A stretch of 64,000 nucleotides of DNA from an uncultured Candidatus Saccharibacteria bacterium (lineage in GTDB: Bacteria; Patescibacteriota; Minisyncoccia; Phycocordibacterales; PALSA-1337). The notes beneath the pieces are model-generated. The model did not search any database. It was not told the DNA's origin and worked only from the letters and a program-made list of their open reading frames with translations. Position 1 is the first letter of the stretch. Each line of letters starts with the position of its first letter. Below are positions 27,651 to 37,745 of this stretch, in pieces. Location: positions 18,596 to 82,595 of the forward strand of contig CAYHNH010000002.1 in the NCBI GenBank assembly GCA_964358005.1. The letters are read 5' to 3'. The position numbers and the translations under genes were made by a program.

Positions 27651-28517
27651 CTATCGCTGGAACTCCTCCAATAGCTCAGACGAGTAATAGAACTCGTAGG
27701 CCAAACGCCCGAAGGAATAGCGCCGCCCATCGAAGCTGACTACGGCCGCCCCTCCGACTTTCGGTTCTGAATTGGGTCTGGAATTTGAAAAGCCTATATT
27801 ATAAAGCGTAGCAATTATCTCGGGGCGCTCAGATATGTCGTAACCATAGCGATTCCATTGGGCGATAATCTCCCTGCTATACATCGCGGCATATAGATAA
27901 GAATAATAATGATCTACGGCAGTAAAACGAAGGAACAGCTCCTCTTCCGAATTCACGGCCCCCGTAGTAGATATCAAGCGCACCAAGCCAGGCCCAGGAT
28001 AAAAAGGCGTAGATTCATTTAATGCATGTGATTCAATCTTCTTCGCTGTACTGACCTTCAGCCCCATTGGTCCCAATGATATGCCGATTTTCGGATTCAT
28101 AAGGACATTCTTAACCCCCGTCAGACGTTCGAACCTGCCTTTGGATGAAAAATGGTATCTCATCTGTTCGGCAACAAGCTCGGAAACTATGAGCCGAGCA
28201 CGAATACCTGTCTCGCGCTCAACCCTATCGAGCACTGACCGGTCTGAGAGAACAGACTTCTTGAACGCTAACCACTGAGAGGTGCCGGAAAGAAAGAACG
28301 GCTTTGGTCTGCCATCCCTACCGGCTTCCCAGTACGACGCAGGTTCTGGATCAGCGATGCCCACAGCTGCAGGAAGATATATATTTGCGCCAGACACTCG
28401 TAGAAGTTGGACCACGGCAATGACCGCAACGAGCACGACGAATAGATATCTGAAGGACGTCAAAAGTTCTCTAACGCTTTTCATTGTATTTCGAATAGTG
28501 CTCAAGGATGCCGGCAA
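27651..28517 (-). CDS. hypothetical membrane-anchored protein
   Basis: 288-aa ORF with an N-terminal TM helix. Its start overlaps the stop of the upstream amidase gene by 47 nt (28471..28517), so it is probably operonic with it. Confidence 0.5.
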   Translation of the reverse strand: MPASLSTIRNTMKSVRELLTSFRYLFVVLVAVIAVVQLLRVSGANIYLPAAVGIADPEPASYWEAGRDGRPKPFFLSGTSQWLAFKKSVLSDRSVLDRVERETGIRARLIVSELVAEQMRYHFSSKGRFERLTGVKNVLMNPKIGISLGPMGLKVSTAKKIESHALNESTPFYPGPGLVRLISTTGAVNSEEELFLRFTAVDHYYSYLYAAMYSREIIAQWNRYGYDISERPEIIATLYNIGFSNSRPNSEPKVGGAAVVSFDGRRYSFGRLAYEFYYSSELLEEFQR

Positions 28518-29304
28518 CAGTCGCCTTGGCCATCACTTCAAATGCATATGCTCGCGACCGCTCTGATTGGAACTGCGGCTCATATACAAAGCCGTATTCC
28601 ACTAGGACAGAGCTAGCATCAAGCGTATTATATGCGCCAAGCGCGATAAGGCTATTGCTGGGGAAAATACCTTCTCTAACCTTATCCGAAATCGTCACAG
28701 GAATAACCTTTTTCAACTCGGCGTACAATGATCTTCCTATGGCGAGCGAGGTGGATGCGTTATGAAGTCCATCACCAGGAATGAACACAGTGAATCCCCT
28801 GCTCCGGCCAGGTTGATCAGCCTTTCTGAAGTCATCATTGAAATGAACGCTGAGAACCAGGTCTATATCGTTCTCGTTAGCCCACAGATTTGTGCCATAT
28901 AAATGTATCGCTGTTTCATCGCTCACCTCAGTGTGTGCATCCCCTCGGTCGCCCTTGGGGCGCAATCCGATTATGTAGAGAAAACGCTCCCAAAACTGAT
29001 GGCGGCGCTTGAAGCTTAGGATGTCCTCCTTGCGCGCCACGAAATGATCAGCTAACTCGGGCAACCAGAGGGATGCATCTCTCGATATGATCGCATCGAA
29101 TTTTCCGTCATGTATCAATTCATCGGCAATCAGGATCGACAGCTCGAGGGCCAAGTCGCGTTCGTGTGTATCACGAAAGCTGGCACCGCCGGAGGTAGGT
29201 TCATGGCCTGGAATTACGAGAATCCGCGTAGTAGCACCTGCAGCTGCTGGAAAATAAAACAGCAATATGAATGTCGCAAGTCCTATTATAGCCAATCTTT
29301 TCAT
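28471..29304 (-). CDS. N-acetylmuramoyl-L-alanine amidase (Amidase_3 family)
   Basis: Signal peptide plus Amidase_3 motifs (RILVIPGHEPTSGGA...ERDLALELS...LSVHFND...GFTVFIPGD). Confidence 0.75.
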   Translation of the reverse strand: MKRLAIIGLATFILLFYFPAAAGATTRILVIPGHEPTSGGASFRDTHERDLALELSILIADELIHDGKFDAIISRDASLWLPELADHFVARKEDILSFKRRHQFWERFLYIIGLRPKGDRGDAHTEVSDETAIHLYGTNLWANENDIDLVLSVHFNDDFRKADQPGRSRGFTVFIPGDGLHNASTSLAIGRSLYAELKKVIPVTISDKVREGIFPSNSLIALGAYNTLDASSVLVEYGFVYEPQFQSERSRAYAFEVMAKATVAGILEHYSKYNEKR

Positions 29305-29325
29305 AGGTCGACTTCATCATACCAT

Positions 29326-29359
29326 GCAAAAAAAGGCCGGCGAACTAAATCACCGGCCC
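29326..29359 (-). terminator. rho-independent terminator
   Basis: On the minus strand, GGCCGG-loop-CCGGCC is followed by TTTTTTT, downstream of the 29381..30349 gene. Confidence 0.5.
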
Positions 29360-29380
29360 GTGCAAAAGCGACAACCACAA

Positions 29381-30349
29381 CTACGGAGCGGAGGCGATGC
29401 GGACGTCTGACCGGCGCTTCATGTAGGGCTGGATTATCTCCGCCTTGACCATGATGTGCCGAATCGAGGGGCCATCTCGGACATTGAAAACTAGATCGCC
29501 TAGTTCGGTGAACACCGCGCCGAGGATGACCATACCGGCCTTCATGCCGGCATCCGCGTATGGCTTGTCAGCCTTGACGCTGACGACGCGGAGACCGACG
29601 AGATTGCCATCGCCATCACGCTCGTTCTTGATCTCCATCCACGTCTTGATCTCATCGACGATGAACGGCTTCATTACGAGAGCCTCCCCTTCCGTCACGA
29701 TCGGGGCCCGCCAGTCCAGGATCAGATCCGGACGGCTGGCGATGGATTTCGGGAGAGGTAGCGTCACCTTGTGCATCTGTGACACCCTGGAACGGAACTC
29801 TTCAGCGCTCCTGGTCGAATCCTTGAATCCGACCGTGAATTTGCCCGGTCCGAGCTCTTGGACGAACCAGCGCGAATCGGAAAACCGATACCAGAGCCCG
29901 TGGACGACAGTGCGGTCGCCGGTCTTTTTCGTGTTGATGGCGACTGGCTCCGCGCGATCTCGATCGAGCTTCCGTGCTGTTACACGCCAGGTTTCCTTGA
30001 GGACATCTTCCGTAGACATCCCCTCAGGAAGAACGAACGGGGCCTCACTGCGGACATAGGCTAGGAAGACCGGTGTCCGTTTTTTCGAAGCGGACCAATA
30101 GACCTTCCAGCCAGTGAGCGCGTCATTCGAGATGATCGGCTCGTAGCTGATGATCTGCGCATTTGGCGTGACATTCATCCAGCGATCGACCATCACGGTC
30201 GAACTGAACGCCTGTCGGCCGATCGTCTCCACTGGGAGCGGGCGATACAGCTGAATCACCTGAATCTGCGTATCCACAGACTCTCCGGCAAATGCCTGGG
30301 GAAAGATCCCCAGCATGAGCAATGCAAAGAACAAGCGAATCATTTTCAT
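29381..30349 (-). CDS. secreted hypothetical protein
   Basis: Signal peptide (MKMIRLFFALLMLGIFPQAFA). Start chosen at the internal Met of the track ORF. Confidence 0.55.
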   Translation of the reverse strand: MKMIRLFFALLMLGIFPQAFAGESVDTQIQVIQLYRPLPVETIGRQAFSSTVMVDRWMNVTPNAQIISYEPIISNDALTGWKVYWSASKKRTPVFLAYVRSEAPFVLPEGMSTEDVLKETWRVTARKLDRDRAEPVAINTKKTGDRTVVHGLWYRFSDSRWFVQELGPGKFTVGFKDSTRSAEEFRSRVSQMHKVTLPLPKSIASRPDLILDWRAPIVTEGEALVMKPFIVDEIKTWMEIKNERDGDGNLVGLRVVSVKADKPYADAGMKAGMVILGAVFTELGDLVFNVRDGPSIRHIMVKAEIIQPYMKRRSDVRIASAP

Positions 30350-30436
30350 TTTCGATTCCTCCAAATTTATGTGGTTTGTGGGAACTATGTTTAGTCGGAA
30401 TATATCACATCTAAGAGGAAATATCAAGCCCCCCGC

Positions 30437-31705
30437 TCAGAATCTATAAACCCATATTTGACCGGATGGCGACGATCCATGGCTGTAAAAAAGCAATCTT
30501 ATCCGACTGTTATCCACAATGTAATGCATCCTATTATTCCTTAGCATTTTGAAAACATACCCGTCGATAACTATAAAGCCGTGACTATTCTCGATTATGC
30601 CTTTGAGCTGCTCTAGTGTGCGGATCGGATTGACCCCGCTATAAAAGTCGGCTTCCCTTTCTGACATGCTTTGTGCTGGGATCCAGAGACCATAACGGCC
30701 AAGGTAGAGGTTCGCGAGAGCTGGATGAATCGAGATGATCACGTCATCAGGCCGCATGATTTGATGTATGAGTCCGTAGGCACCGTTGTAATCTGGTTGG
30801 GGAGAAACTAGATTGATGGCATAGGCTTTTCTCGGTATGAAATTATAAAATGGTGCTACCACTGACACCAGGATGAGAAATGCAATCAACGATCTAACGC
30901 GCTTGGGAAGCCTATTGGCCAGCGTAAGATCTACTACCTTCATACACATGTAGACAGCAAGCACGGTCCATAGGGGTAGAAATGGAAATAGCACATATCT
31001 AGGAAGCATCACCCACATATCAAGAGCGAGCAATATCGAAATATAGCCAACAAGGATCACAAAAATTAGGTACGCCACTCTTTTTTTTGACTGAAGGATG
31101 AATGACCTAGGACGGTCATGTAGCATCAGAACAAATGCGGGGAGAAATGCCAACGCCACCCAATGAGAAAGCGCGGCCAGGATAAAGAATACCATCGTCA
31201 AAGCTAGGTCTGATCGTCGCCTACTTTCAAAATATTTCCAAAGGAAAAGAGTGGTAAGAACGATAAATACCGCCAGTGCCGCATATCCCCTAGCCTGACG
31301 TGACCATGCAATCTCATAGTAAAGAAATGCGACGATAAACGCGCTCGCAAGTGACACGTCTGCCCTACTAAACAGCGCACGTGCGAGAGCATATACGCAA
31401 TATATGAGCAACGTGCCAAACAAAACCCCAGGCAACCTGACTACCCATGGATTGAACGGGTCGAATCCAAAGATTTTTATAGTGAGAGCCGCCGCGTATA
31501 CGCTTACGAAGTTATTCGTATACAAGGATCCAGAGCCCATTAAGGGGTAGCCTCGGTCCAATACAGCATGAGCGGCATGCACTGTATATGCCTCATCGAG
31601 CCAGAGCGGCTGGCAACCTAGACAATAGGCTCTAAGAAAAAAACCCGACACTATCAAAGCGCCCAGTACAAGATATCGCCAGTGACTAGTGCAAAAATTC
31701 TTCAA
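30437..31705 (-). CDS. GT-C glycosyltransferase, family 39/83-like (PMT/ArnT-type)
   Basis: 422-aa polytopic membrane protein. The first loop carries the DE motif and an aromatic-rich segment (LWLDEAYTVHAAHAVLDRGYPL). Confidence 0.75.
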   Translation of the reverse strand: MKNFCTSHWRYLVLGALIVSGFFLRAYCLGCQPLWLDEAYTVHAAHAVLDRGYPLMGSGSLYTNNFVSVYAAALTIKIFGFDPFNPWVVRLPGVLFGTLLIYCVYALARALFSRADVSLASAFIVAFLYYEIAWSRQARGYAALAVFIVLTTLFLWKYFESRRRSDLALTMVFFILAALSHWVALAFLPAFVLMLHDRPRSFILQSKKRVAYLIFVILVGYISILLALDMWVMLPRYVLFPFLPLWTVLAVYMCMKVVDLTLANRLPKRVRSLIAFLILVSVVAPFYNFIPRKAYAINLVSPQPDYNGAYGLIHQIMRPDDVIISIHPALANLYLGRYGLWIPAQSMSEREADFYSGVNPIRTLEQLKGIIENSHGFIVIDGYVFKMLRNNRMHYIVDNSRIRLLFYSHGSSPSGQIWVYRF

Positions 31706-31709
31706 TCAG

Positions 31710-32195
31710 TTAGTCAGGATACAACACTATGAAGCCTGCCGGCTTGCGGCCGTCATTGCAGGAATATGTCCGAGTCTGAAAACCCCGAGGAGGGACATAC
31801 TGGGGCATGATGTCTGAAATCGCAAGGTTCTTCGAGCCCTTTGCTGGTATCATGACAGTCGTCGAACCAAACGTAAGTTTTACAGTTGAGGTTGCGGCCA
31901 AATTCAGAAACTCGACACGCTCATCCGGAAACATCTTCAGGACGGGTACACTGGCCTTGCAGGTGGAGTCTATATACACCTTGTTCGTCTGGACAGCGGA
32001 CGTCACTGCGATACCAAGACGCTTTGACAAGGACTCATCTGTGACATTTCTGGTGAAATTGGATTCAAAGAGCACCTTAGAGTCCGCAAGACGTGATTTG
32101 CCGGACAATTGGCCCTGAAAGAATCCGTACAAATAGCCAGCAACAACTGCTACGATGAGGATGGCTGACAGAGCTACGTAGATAAGCTTATTCAT
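31710..32195 (-). CDS. hypothetical membrane-anchored protein
   Basis: 161 aa with an N-terminal TM helix. It overlaps the start of the downstream GT39 gene, so it is probably operonic. Confidence 0.5.
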   Translation of the reverse strand: MNKLIYVALSAILIVAVVAGYLYGFFQGQLSGKSRLADSKVLFESNFTRNVTDESLSKRLGIAVTSAVQTNKVYIDSTCKASVPVLKMFPDERVEFLNLAATSTVKLTFGSTTVMIPAKGSKNLAISDIMPQYVPPRGFQTRTYSCNDGRKPAGFIVLYPD

Positions 32196-32205
32196 GATTT
32201 ATAGA

Positions 32206-33468
32206 TTATATGCACTGGATGTCCCACGAATCGCATTCCGCGCCGCATGACATACTTGTTCCAGTAACCGTACACCCATCAAGAACATCTCCTATATACT
32301 CACCGTAGTCATTGTATGCTGGCGAATAAGTGCAATCCATCTTGCTGCACGAGCAACCGTCCCCAGAGCAATCCATGTCACCTTCGTCGCAAGAGCATGT
32401 TATCGTGTATGACACACAGACTTCTTGTTCTATACACCCACCACCCCCTCCTCCACCACCGGTCGGTGGTTCCGAAGGTGGTTCTGAAGGCGCCTCAGAT
32501 GGCGGCTCTGAAGGAGCTTCCGAGGGTGGTTCTGAAGGAGGAGTTGAAGGCGGCTCGGTTGGTGGTTCCGAGGGTGGATCAGAAGGAGGTGTCGAGGGTG
32601 GTTCCGACGGCGGTTCTGAAGGAGGAGTCGAAGGCGGCTCTGAAGGAGCTTCTGAGGGCGGTTCTGAAGGAGGAGTTGAAGGTGGCTCGGATGGTGGTAC
32701 CGAAGGAGGTTCAGATGGCGGCACACTTGGCTCTGGGGTAGGTGTAGATCCTCCACAAGCGGCCGTTCCATAGTCACTGCAACCAAGGTCACAATGATCG
32801 CCGCAGACAGTCGAACCGTCGCTACCAGTGGCTCCACACGAGGCATTTGCGCAAGGATTGGTGCATACAGGCAGCCCAGCCAATGGGCAACCGGCATCGC
32901 AAGAATCGCCGCAAGTCGTCACACCGTCGCTGCCGGTCTGGCCGCAACTCTTTCCGTCACAGACACCTACGCACGCCGCCGTTCCAGCATCTGGACACCC
33001 AGTATCGCAGTGGCTACCACAGGTGGTCGAGCCGTCAGTGCCAGTCTCGCCGCAATCATACCCGCTAGGACAGGCGCAAGCGGCGGTTCCGGCATCGGGA
33101 CAGCCTGTGTCGCAGCTGCTGCCGCAGGTCGTCACACCGTCCGACCCGGTATCTCCACAGGAGACACCGGTGCAGACATCCACTCCACAATTATTCAAGG
33201 AAACGTTCGGAGCACCGTTGTTCACAATAGAAAGCCACTCATTTTGGGTCTTTGTGCCTATGAAAAGGTTCTTGGAATTGGCATTGTCGACATCTCTACA
33301 GATGCTGTACTCGTCTATGGTCTCCACAGCCCCCGCTCCGACATCATACCAGTTGTAATTAGCCGCCAAGGCGGGTGTAATCTGAAATGAGAAAAATGAG
33401 AAAACAGCCACCGCAGCGAACGCGATCCTAAGAGCCTTGAATACTGATGTATATACGTTTCTCTTCAT
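32206..33468 (-). CDS. secreted cysteine-rich repeat protein with (PPSE)n low-complexity linker
   Basis: Signal peptide, then four roughly 40-aa Cys-rich modules (SCG.TGSDG.TTCG..CD.GCP.AG), then about 25 tandem PPSEPPS-type repeats, a Gly8 run, and a Cys-rich C-terminus. Confidence 0.8.
   Translation of the reverse strand: MKRNVYTSVFKALRIAFAAVAVFSFFSFQITPALAANYNWYDVGAGAVETIDEYSICRDVDNANSKNLFIGTKTQNEWLSIVNNGAPNVSLNNCGVDVCTGVSCGDTGSDGVTTCGSSCDTGCPDAGTAACACPSGYDCGETGTDGSTTCGSHCDTGCPDAGTAACVGVCDGKSCGQTGSDGVTTCGDSCDAGCPLAGLPVCTNPCANASCGATGSDGSTVCGDHCDLGCSDYGTAACGGSTPTPEPSVPPSEPPSVPPSEPPSTPPSEPPSEAPSEPPSTPPSEPPSEPPSTPPSDPPSEPPTEPPSTPPSEPPSEAPSEPPSEAPSEPPSEPPTGGGGGGGGCIEQEVCVSYTITCSCDEGDMDCSGDGCSCSKMDCTYSPAYNDYGEYIGDVLDGCTVTGTSMSCGAECDSWDIQCI
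32461..32735. repeat. 12-nt periodic tandem repeat (coding; PPSE-type peptide repeat)
   Basis: The unit ggtggttctgaa(ggn) is repeated about 23 times. This repeat produces the false ORFs in several alternative frames. Confidence 0.85.
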
Positions 33469-33854
33469 TGTGTTTTATAGTAAATTCTGCCGACATCCTT
33501 CATCTGGTCACAATCATAAGACATCGAACCTGGGGTTTTGAAAAAACCTAGGTTGACCAATTTCTTCGAGTTGGCCGGAATGACGTACTTGTTATCGATC
33601 CCGAAATAAATTGCATGCTGCCTCCTGTCGCTGTTCTTGAATGTGATCCTCGTGCCAGCTGCGGCTGGAAGCTTCACCATCTGCGGATCAGGCTCGCATC
33701 CGGTTATGTTCACCACATCTGTGACTGCCTGCCCGGCGACTGGTGAGCGGGCGTCTTTGATAGAAGAAATATATCCCCAATACATGAGGAGGCCTAGAAT
33801 CAAAATAGCAACAGCCACTTCCAGCGCTAAGGCTTTTTTAGGTTGGGTATCCAC
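33465..33854 (-). CDS. hypothetical membrane-anchored protein (possible cupredoxin-like beta domain)
   Basis: 129 aa with an N-terminal TM helix. It overlaps the start of the downstream gene by 4 nt. Confidence 0.5.
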   Translation of the reverse strand: MDTQPKKALALEVAVAILILGLLMYWGYISSIKDARSPVAGQAVTDVVNITGCEPDPQMVKLPAAAGTRITFKNSDRRQHAIYFGIDNKYVIPANSKKLVNLGFFKTPGSMSYDCDQMKDVGRIYYKTQ

Positions 33855-33917
33855 TTCCCGATAAGTTTACCTCATTGGGCCACTTTTAGGGCCTTTGCAC
33901 TGTGGATATCGTGACAT

Positions 33918-33950
33918 GAAGAAACCCCTCCGGAAGGAGGGGTTTCTTTG
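33918..33950 (-). terminator. hairpin terminator (GAAACCCCTCC ggaa GGAGGGGTTTC)
   Basis: A perfect 11-bp stem lies downstream of the 33965..34441 gene. The flanking T-rich tracts are partly within the stem. Confidence 0.4.
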
Positions 33951-33964
33951 ATCCATCGGATGGA

Positions 33965-34441
33965 TTATTTCTGGGCCAAATCCTTCGGAGTTCCCCAGCA
34001 TGCCTTGGAGGAAGCCCACGGCGAAGTGCCAAATTTATCATAAAGATGCTTGGCGTAGGCGATGTTGCCCTCTATTGAATAGATGTCAACGCCGAGCTTG
34101 ACGGCATCCTCAGCGTGGTATTTTTCATTGATCTGCATGACCCCCACGTCAGCCGAATTCACTAGCCCGCGTATGACGCGGCCATCGGGACCATACTGGC
34201 GGAAGGTGGACTCACAGCGCGCAATCTCAACGAGAATGGGCGCATCCGAGAACTCCCTCTTGAGGAAAGCCTCAACCTTTTTTGCATCCGTAAGAGTCCT
34301 AGATATGGGCGCAGGCTGAGCTGGGAAAGCCTCGTTTATTTCTGCATTCACATGACCTGCTCCGTAGAGCGAAGCCATAAGGAATGCGGCACCTGTTGCG
34401 GCTTCAATCATGTTTAATAAAAAACGAGAGCCTGTAAACAT
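33965..34441 (-). CDS. lysozyme-like / lytic transglycosylase-like domain protein
   Basis: 158 aa with a signal/TM N-terminus and an ES...GVMQI pattern (IARCESTFRQY...DVGVMQINEKYH) like the SLT catalytic core. Confidence 0.5.
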   Translation of the reverse strand: MFTGSRFLLNMIEAATGAAFLMASLYGAGHVNAEINEAFPAQPAPISRTLTDAKKVEAFLKREFSDAPILVEIARCESTFRQYGPDGRVIRGLVNSADVGVMQINEKYHAEDAVKLGVDIYSIEGNIAYAKHLYDKFGTSPWASSKACWGTPKDLAQK

Positions 34442-34595
34442 GGTGTTTACTTAGCTCAGTTTTGTGATATAAGTATAGCACCTTTGGACTCATTCGTCAA
34501 TACCTAATCGTAGGGTATCCTTATTTAGAGCCATTCTCTGGACTTACTCCACAGCATTTTTGGTCATTTGGCAATAGTCACGTATAATTGGGGCT

Positions 34596-35999
34596 GTGGC
34601 CCCCCTATTTATCCTTATCACGAGCGCTGTCGCTCATTTTTGGAACTTCGGCTTCCCTGCTTCCATAGTCTTCGATGAGGTCTACTTCGGCCGTTTTGTG
34701 GCAGATTACTGGCACGGCACATACTTCTTCGACGTCCACCCACCACTCTCGAGACTGCTCATAGCTATATTCGGTAAACTCACAAGCATCGATCAGATAC
34801 CGACGGAGTGGCTCGCGGTCGGTGGAGATCTCTCGCCGGCCATGACCGCCCTGCGATTCCTACCCACACTAGCAGGAACTCTTCTGCCTGTCGTCATCTA
34901 CTTTATATGCAGGAATTTCAAATTCTCGAAAGTCTCGTCAGCGGTCGCAGCCCTGCTGATATGCTTCGAGAACTCGCTCCTAGTCCACTCGCGTTTCATA
35001 ATGCAGGAAAGCATGCTCATCTTATTCGGTTTTTTGGCGATACTCTTCTATCAGAAATATAAGATCGACGGCAAAAAGGGCTGGTTCGCCCTCTCCGCCG
35101 TGTTCATCGCATGCTCGATCTCCTCAAAATGGATCGGGCTTTCATATCTAGCGGTGATCATAGTCCTGGAGGCGTGGGATCAGATGCATAAACATGGAGT
35201 CGCTCATCGGATTAGGAGAAGCATAGTGGAGCTCATCAAGGTGGGATCGATCTACCTAGCTTTTATCGCAGTCATCTATAGCAGCTCGTTTGCGCTCCAC
35301 TTTGCCCTACTGCCCAAAACAGGCTCTGGCGACGGATTCATGACGCCAGGATTCCAGAAAACGCTCACTGGTAATAGATACGAGAATGATCAACTTCTAA
35401 GCACTCCAAATTTCTTCGAGAAGCTGATTGAGATCAATAAGCAGCTGTACCTGTCCCAGAAGAGCATCACCACAGCGCACCCTTCTGGTACAAAATGGTA
35501 CACATGGCCGATCATGCAGCGCGGCGTATACCTTTGGCATAACAATGACTGGTCTGCGCGTGAGGAAAAGAACGAGCTATACATCCTTGGCAACCCGCCT
35601 ATTTATTGGCTGGGTACGCTTTCTATAGTTTTTCTCATTATCTACACGATGTGGCTTGCGATAAGGCGCTTCAAAAAGCGCGCATGGGCTACTGTTGATC
35701 CAGACAAAAACAAGCTCCTGCTTTTCTTGCTATTCGGTTACTTGATGAATCTTCTTCCCTATTTGTTTATAGGCAGGACGCTCTTTCTCTACCATTATGA
35801 GACAGCTCTCGTATTCAGCATCATAGCCATTGCCGCAGTTTTGGAATATTTCTGTCCTACCGAGAAGCGGACCCGGGTTGCAATAGTCCTTGTTACGACA
35901 GCCTTCCTGATATTTTTATACTTCAGCCCGCTAACGTACGGGACTCCGATAACACCGAAGGAGCTTGATAAAAGAATGTGGTTGTCGACCTGGCGTTAG
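34596..35999 (+). CDS. dolichyl-phosphate-mannose--protein mannosyltransferase family (GT39, PMT-like)
   Basis: PMT signature DEVYFGRF...FFDVHPPL with multiple TM helices. It has a GTG start. A TATAAT at 34583-34588 lies 7 nt upstream. Confidence 0.8.
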   Translation: MAPLFILITSAVAHFWNFGFPASIVFDEVYFGRFVADYWHGTYFFDVHPPLSRLLIAIFGKLTSIDQIPTEWLAVGGDLSPAMTALRFLPTLAGTLLPVVIYFICRNFKFSKVSSAVAALLICFENSLLVHSRFIMQESMLILFGFLAILFYQKYKIDGKKGWFALSAVFIACSISSKWIGLSYLAVIIVLEAWDQMHKHGVAHRIRRSIVELIKVGSIYLAFIAVIYSSSFALHFALLPKTGSGDGFMTPGFQKTLTGNRYENDQLLSTPNFFEKLIEINKQLYLSQKSITTAHPSGTKWYTWPIMQRGVYLWHNNDWSAREEKNELYILGNPPIYWLGTLSIVFLIIYTMWLAIRRFKKRAWATVDPDKNKLLLFLLFGYLMNLLPYLFIGRTLFLYHYETALVFSIIAIAAVLEYFCPTEKRTRVAIVLVTTAFLIFLYFSPLTYGTPITPKELDKRMWLSTWR

Positions 36000-36033
36000 G
36001 GCGCACAAAAGCAATCTTAGTAATTTGATTGAG

Positions 36034-37668
36034 TTACTTTGTTTTCAAAACAAGCGTCGATCCTGACGAGTAAACTGTCTCGTAGGTATCCTTAAGTAGC
36101 GGATCAATCTTAAAACTCTTGGACGCACCTGCGTCTACTATGATATGAGAAATGTTGTACTTGTTGATAATCGCGCCAGCATCGCGGGCATTCTCATATA
36201 CCTTCTGCATATCGGTCTTACGTACGGATCCATCTAGACCATAGCTCCATATCCACCCAGGGTATCCTTGAACTACGCTCCGACCGGCTAAAGAGAACAC
36301 CGGATTGTTGTGGTTCAAACCAGTGAGGAAAACGCTGTCTTTCGGAGTATCGCGTCTGATGAAATCAGCTAGCTCCATATCCGCTCTTGAGAACAGCCGC
36401 GTGCTGGAATTCAGCTCACGGATGGAGACAAGGACGCCCACCGGAATCATCAGGACAATGAGGCACAGTGACGCAGCTCTTCGAAGCCAACCATTTTTCC
36501 ATAGATGTTCGAGCAGGAACGCGGTCATGACGCAAGATATCAAAAAGAATATGACTATGAATTTCGTGTTGTCCCAGGCATTCGGCTGGAACACTACGGC
36601 ATTCCCAACCACAAAAAGAAAGATGGCTCCGTTAAAGAAGGTCCGAAATCTCATCGGCGCAACAAGGTAGGCCGCAATGAAGACCGGGATATAGATGAGC
36701 AGATTCTTGAACCAGAATATTATCGGATTGGCTTCACCGAAGAATCCCAGGTGTGCGCCTGGAGACTTATCTGTCGGAAATATTAGCCACATCTGGGCAG
36801 CTGCCAGAACTATGATCGGCAAGCCGAAATAGATCAACCAACGCTTTACGATCATGTCTAATACTGCTCTCTTTCTGTACACTAGAATGATCTCTCCGCA
36901 GAACATGGCAAAGGCAATCAGACCCAAACTAATGAACGTATGCAGATGAACGAGTGGTAGAGCACACAGAACAAGCGAAAAGATAAGCAGATCTCGTTGG
37001 GTCTTCCCTTCCCAATAGCGCCAAAGGAAATATACGGCTACTAGACCTATAGTCAACCCGAATATGAACGCCCTCTGCGGCAAGATAAAATCGCTTATGA
37101 CATTTGAGAATACGACATTTGCGCCCTTCAGATACGAATAGTTCGTCGACTGATGTAGAAGCGCGTACAGGAGCGGCTTCCCTTCTCTTATATAATCAGA
37201 AATGAAATAGAAAAGCCCCCAAAGGCTCCCGCCGAACAAAAATATGATCGGCGTAAAGAATGAGCCTATCGCGCTCTTTGTGATCTTGAAAGACACGACC
37301 CAGAGACATAATATGAAAGCCATTATCGCAAGGAATGTCGGCCAAAGGAACGCATTGCGTGGCGACGCCCCAAGACTCATGAGAAGGCCGCTTATATAAT
37401 CCGGGACAAAGGGATACGAGACGGAAGTGCCTGAGAAGACTGGGTTGTCATTGAGAGTCTTAGATAGTCCCCTCAGAGCGAAGCTCGACCCCAAGGCCAT
37501 ATGTCCCGGAAGATCGCCCCAGACATTGCTAGCTGAGTACAGGCCATCAGGTTTCTCATAAAGATAGTGAGATGAGCATAGATTCCAGAAGAATATGCCG
37601 AACAGCATGTAGGCACAAAAGAATATGCCGAACAGCGTTTTATTGCTTTTTATGCGCTCAAGGATCAT
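36034..37668 (-). CDS. large polytopic membrane protein, possible GT-C-fold glycosyltransferase
   Basis: More than 12 predicted TM helices plus a C-terminal soluble domain. Start set at the internal Met (MILERIK...) so that it does not overlap rpmA. Confidence 0.5.
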   Translation of the reverse strand: MILERIKSNKTLFGIFFCAYMLFGIFFWNLCSSHYLYEKPDGLYSASNVWGDLPGHMALGSSFALRGLSKTLNDNPVFSGTSVSYPFVPDYISGLLMSLGASPRNAFLWPTFLAIMAFILCLWVVSFKITKSAIGSFFTPIIFLFGGSLWGLFYFISDYIREGKPLLYALLHQSTNYSYLKGANVVFSNVISDFILPQRAFIFGLTIGLVAVYFLWRYWEGKTQRDLLIFSLVLCALPLVHLHTFISLGLIAFAMFCGEIILVYRKRAVLDMIVKRWLIYFGLPIIVLAAAQMWLIFPTDKSPGAHLGFFGEANPIIFWFKNLLIYIPVFIAAYLVAPMRFRTFFNGAIFLFVVGNAVVFQPNAWDNTKFIVIFFLISCVMTAFLLEHLWKNGWLRRAASLCLIVLMIPVGVLVSIRELNSSTRLFSRADMELADFIRRDTPKDSVFLTGLNHNNPVFSLAGRSVVQGYPGWIWSYGLDGSVRKTDMQKVYENARDAGAIINKYNISHIIVDAGASKSFKIDPLLKDTYETVYSSGSTLVLKTK

Positions 37669-37745
37669 GTAATAAGGAAATTTTAGCACGACTAGCGCTA
37701 AAAACAGCTGTGTGTTATGATATTTCGACCTAATAAAACACCTAT

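Noticed and set aside
32316-33390. Five alternative-frame ORFs overlapping the Cys-rich/PPSE surface protein gene.
   Set aside because: They are produced by the 12-nt tandem repeat and the repetitive Cys-module DNA. Only the minus-strand frame has a signal peptide and coherent domain structure.
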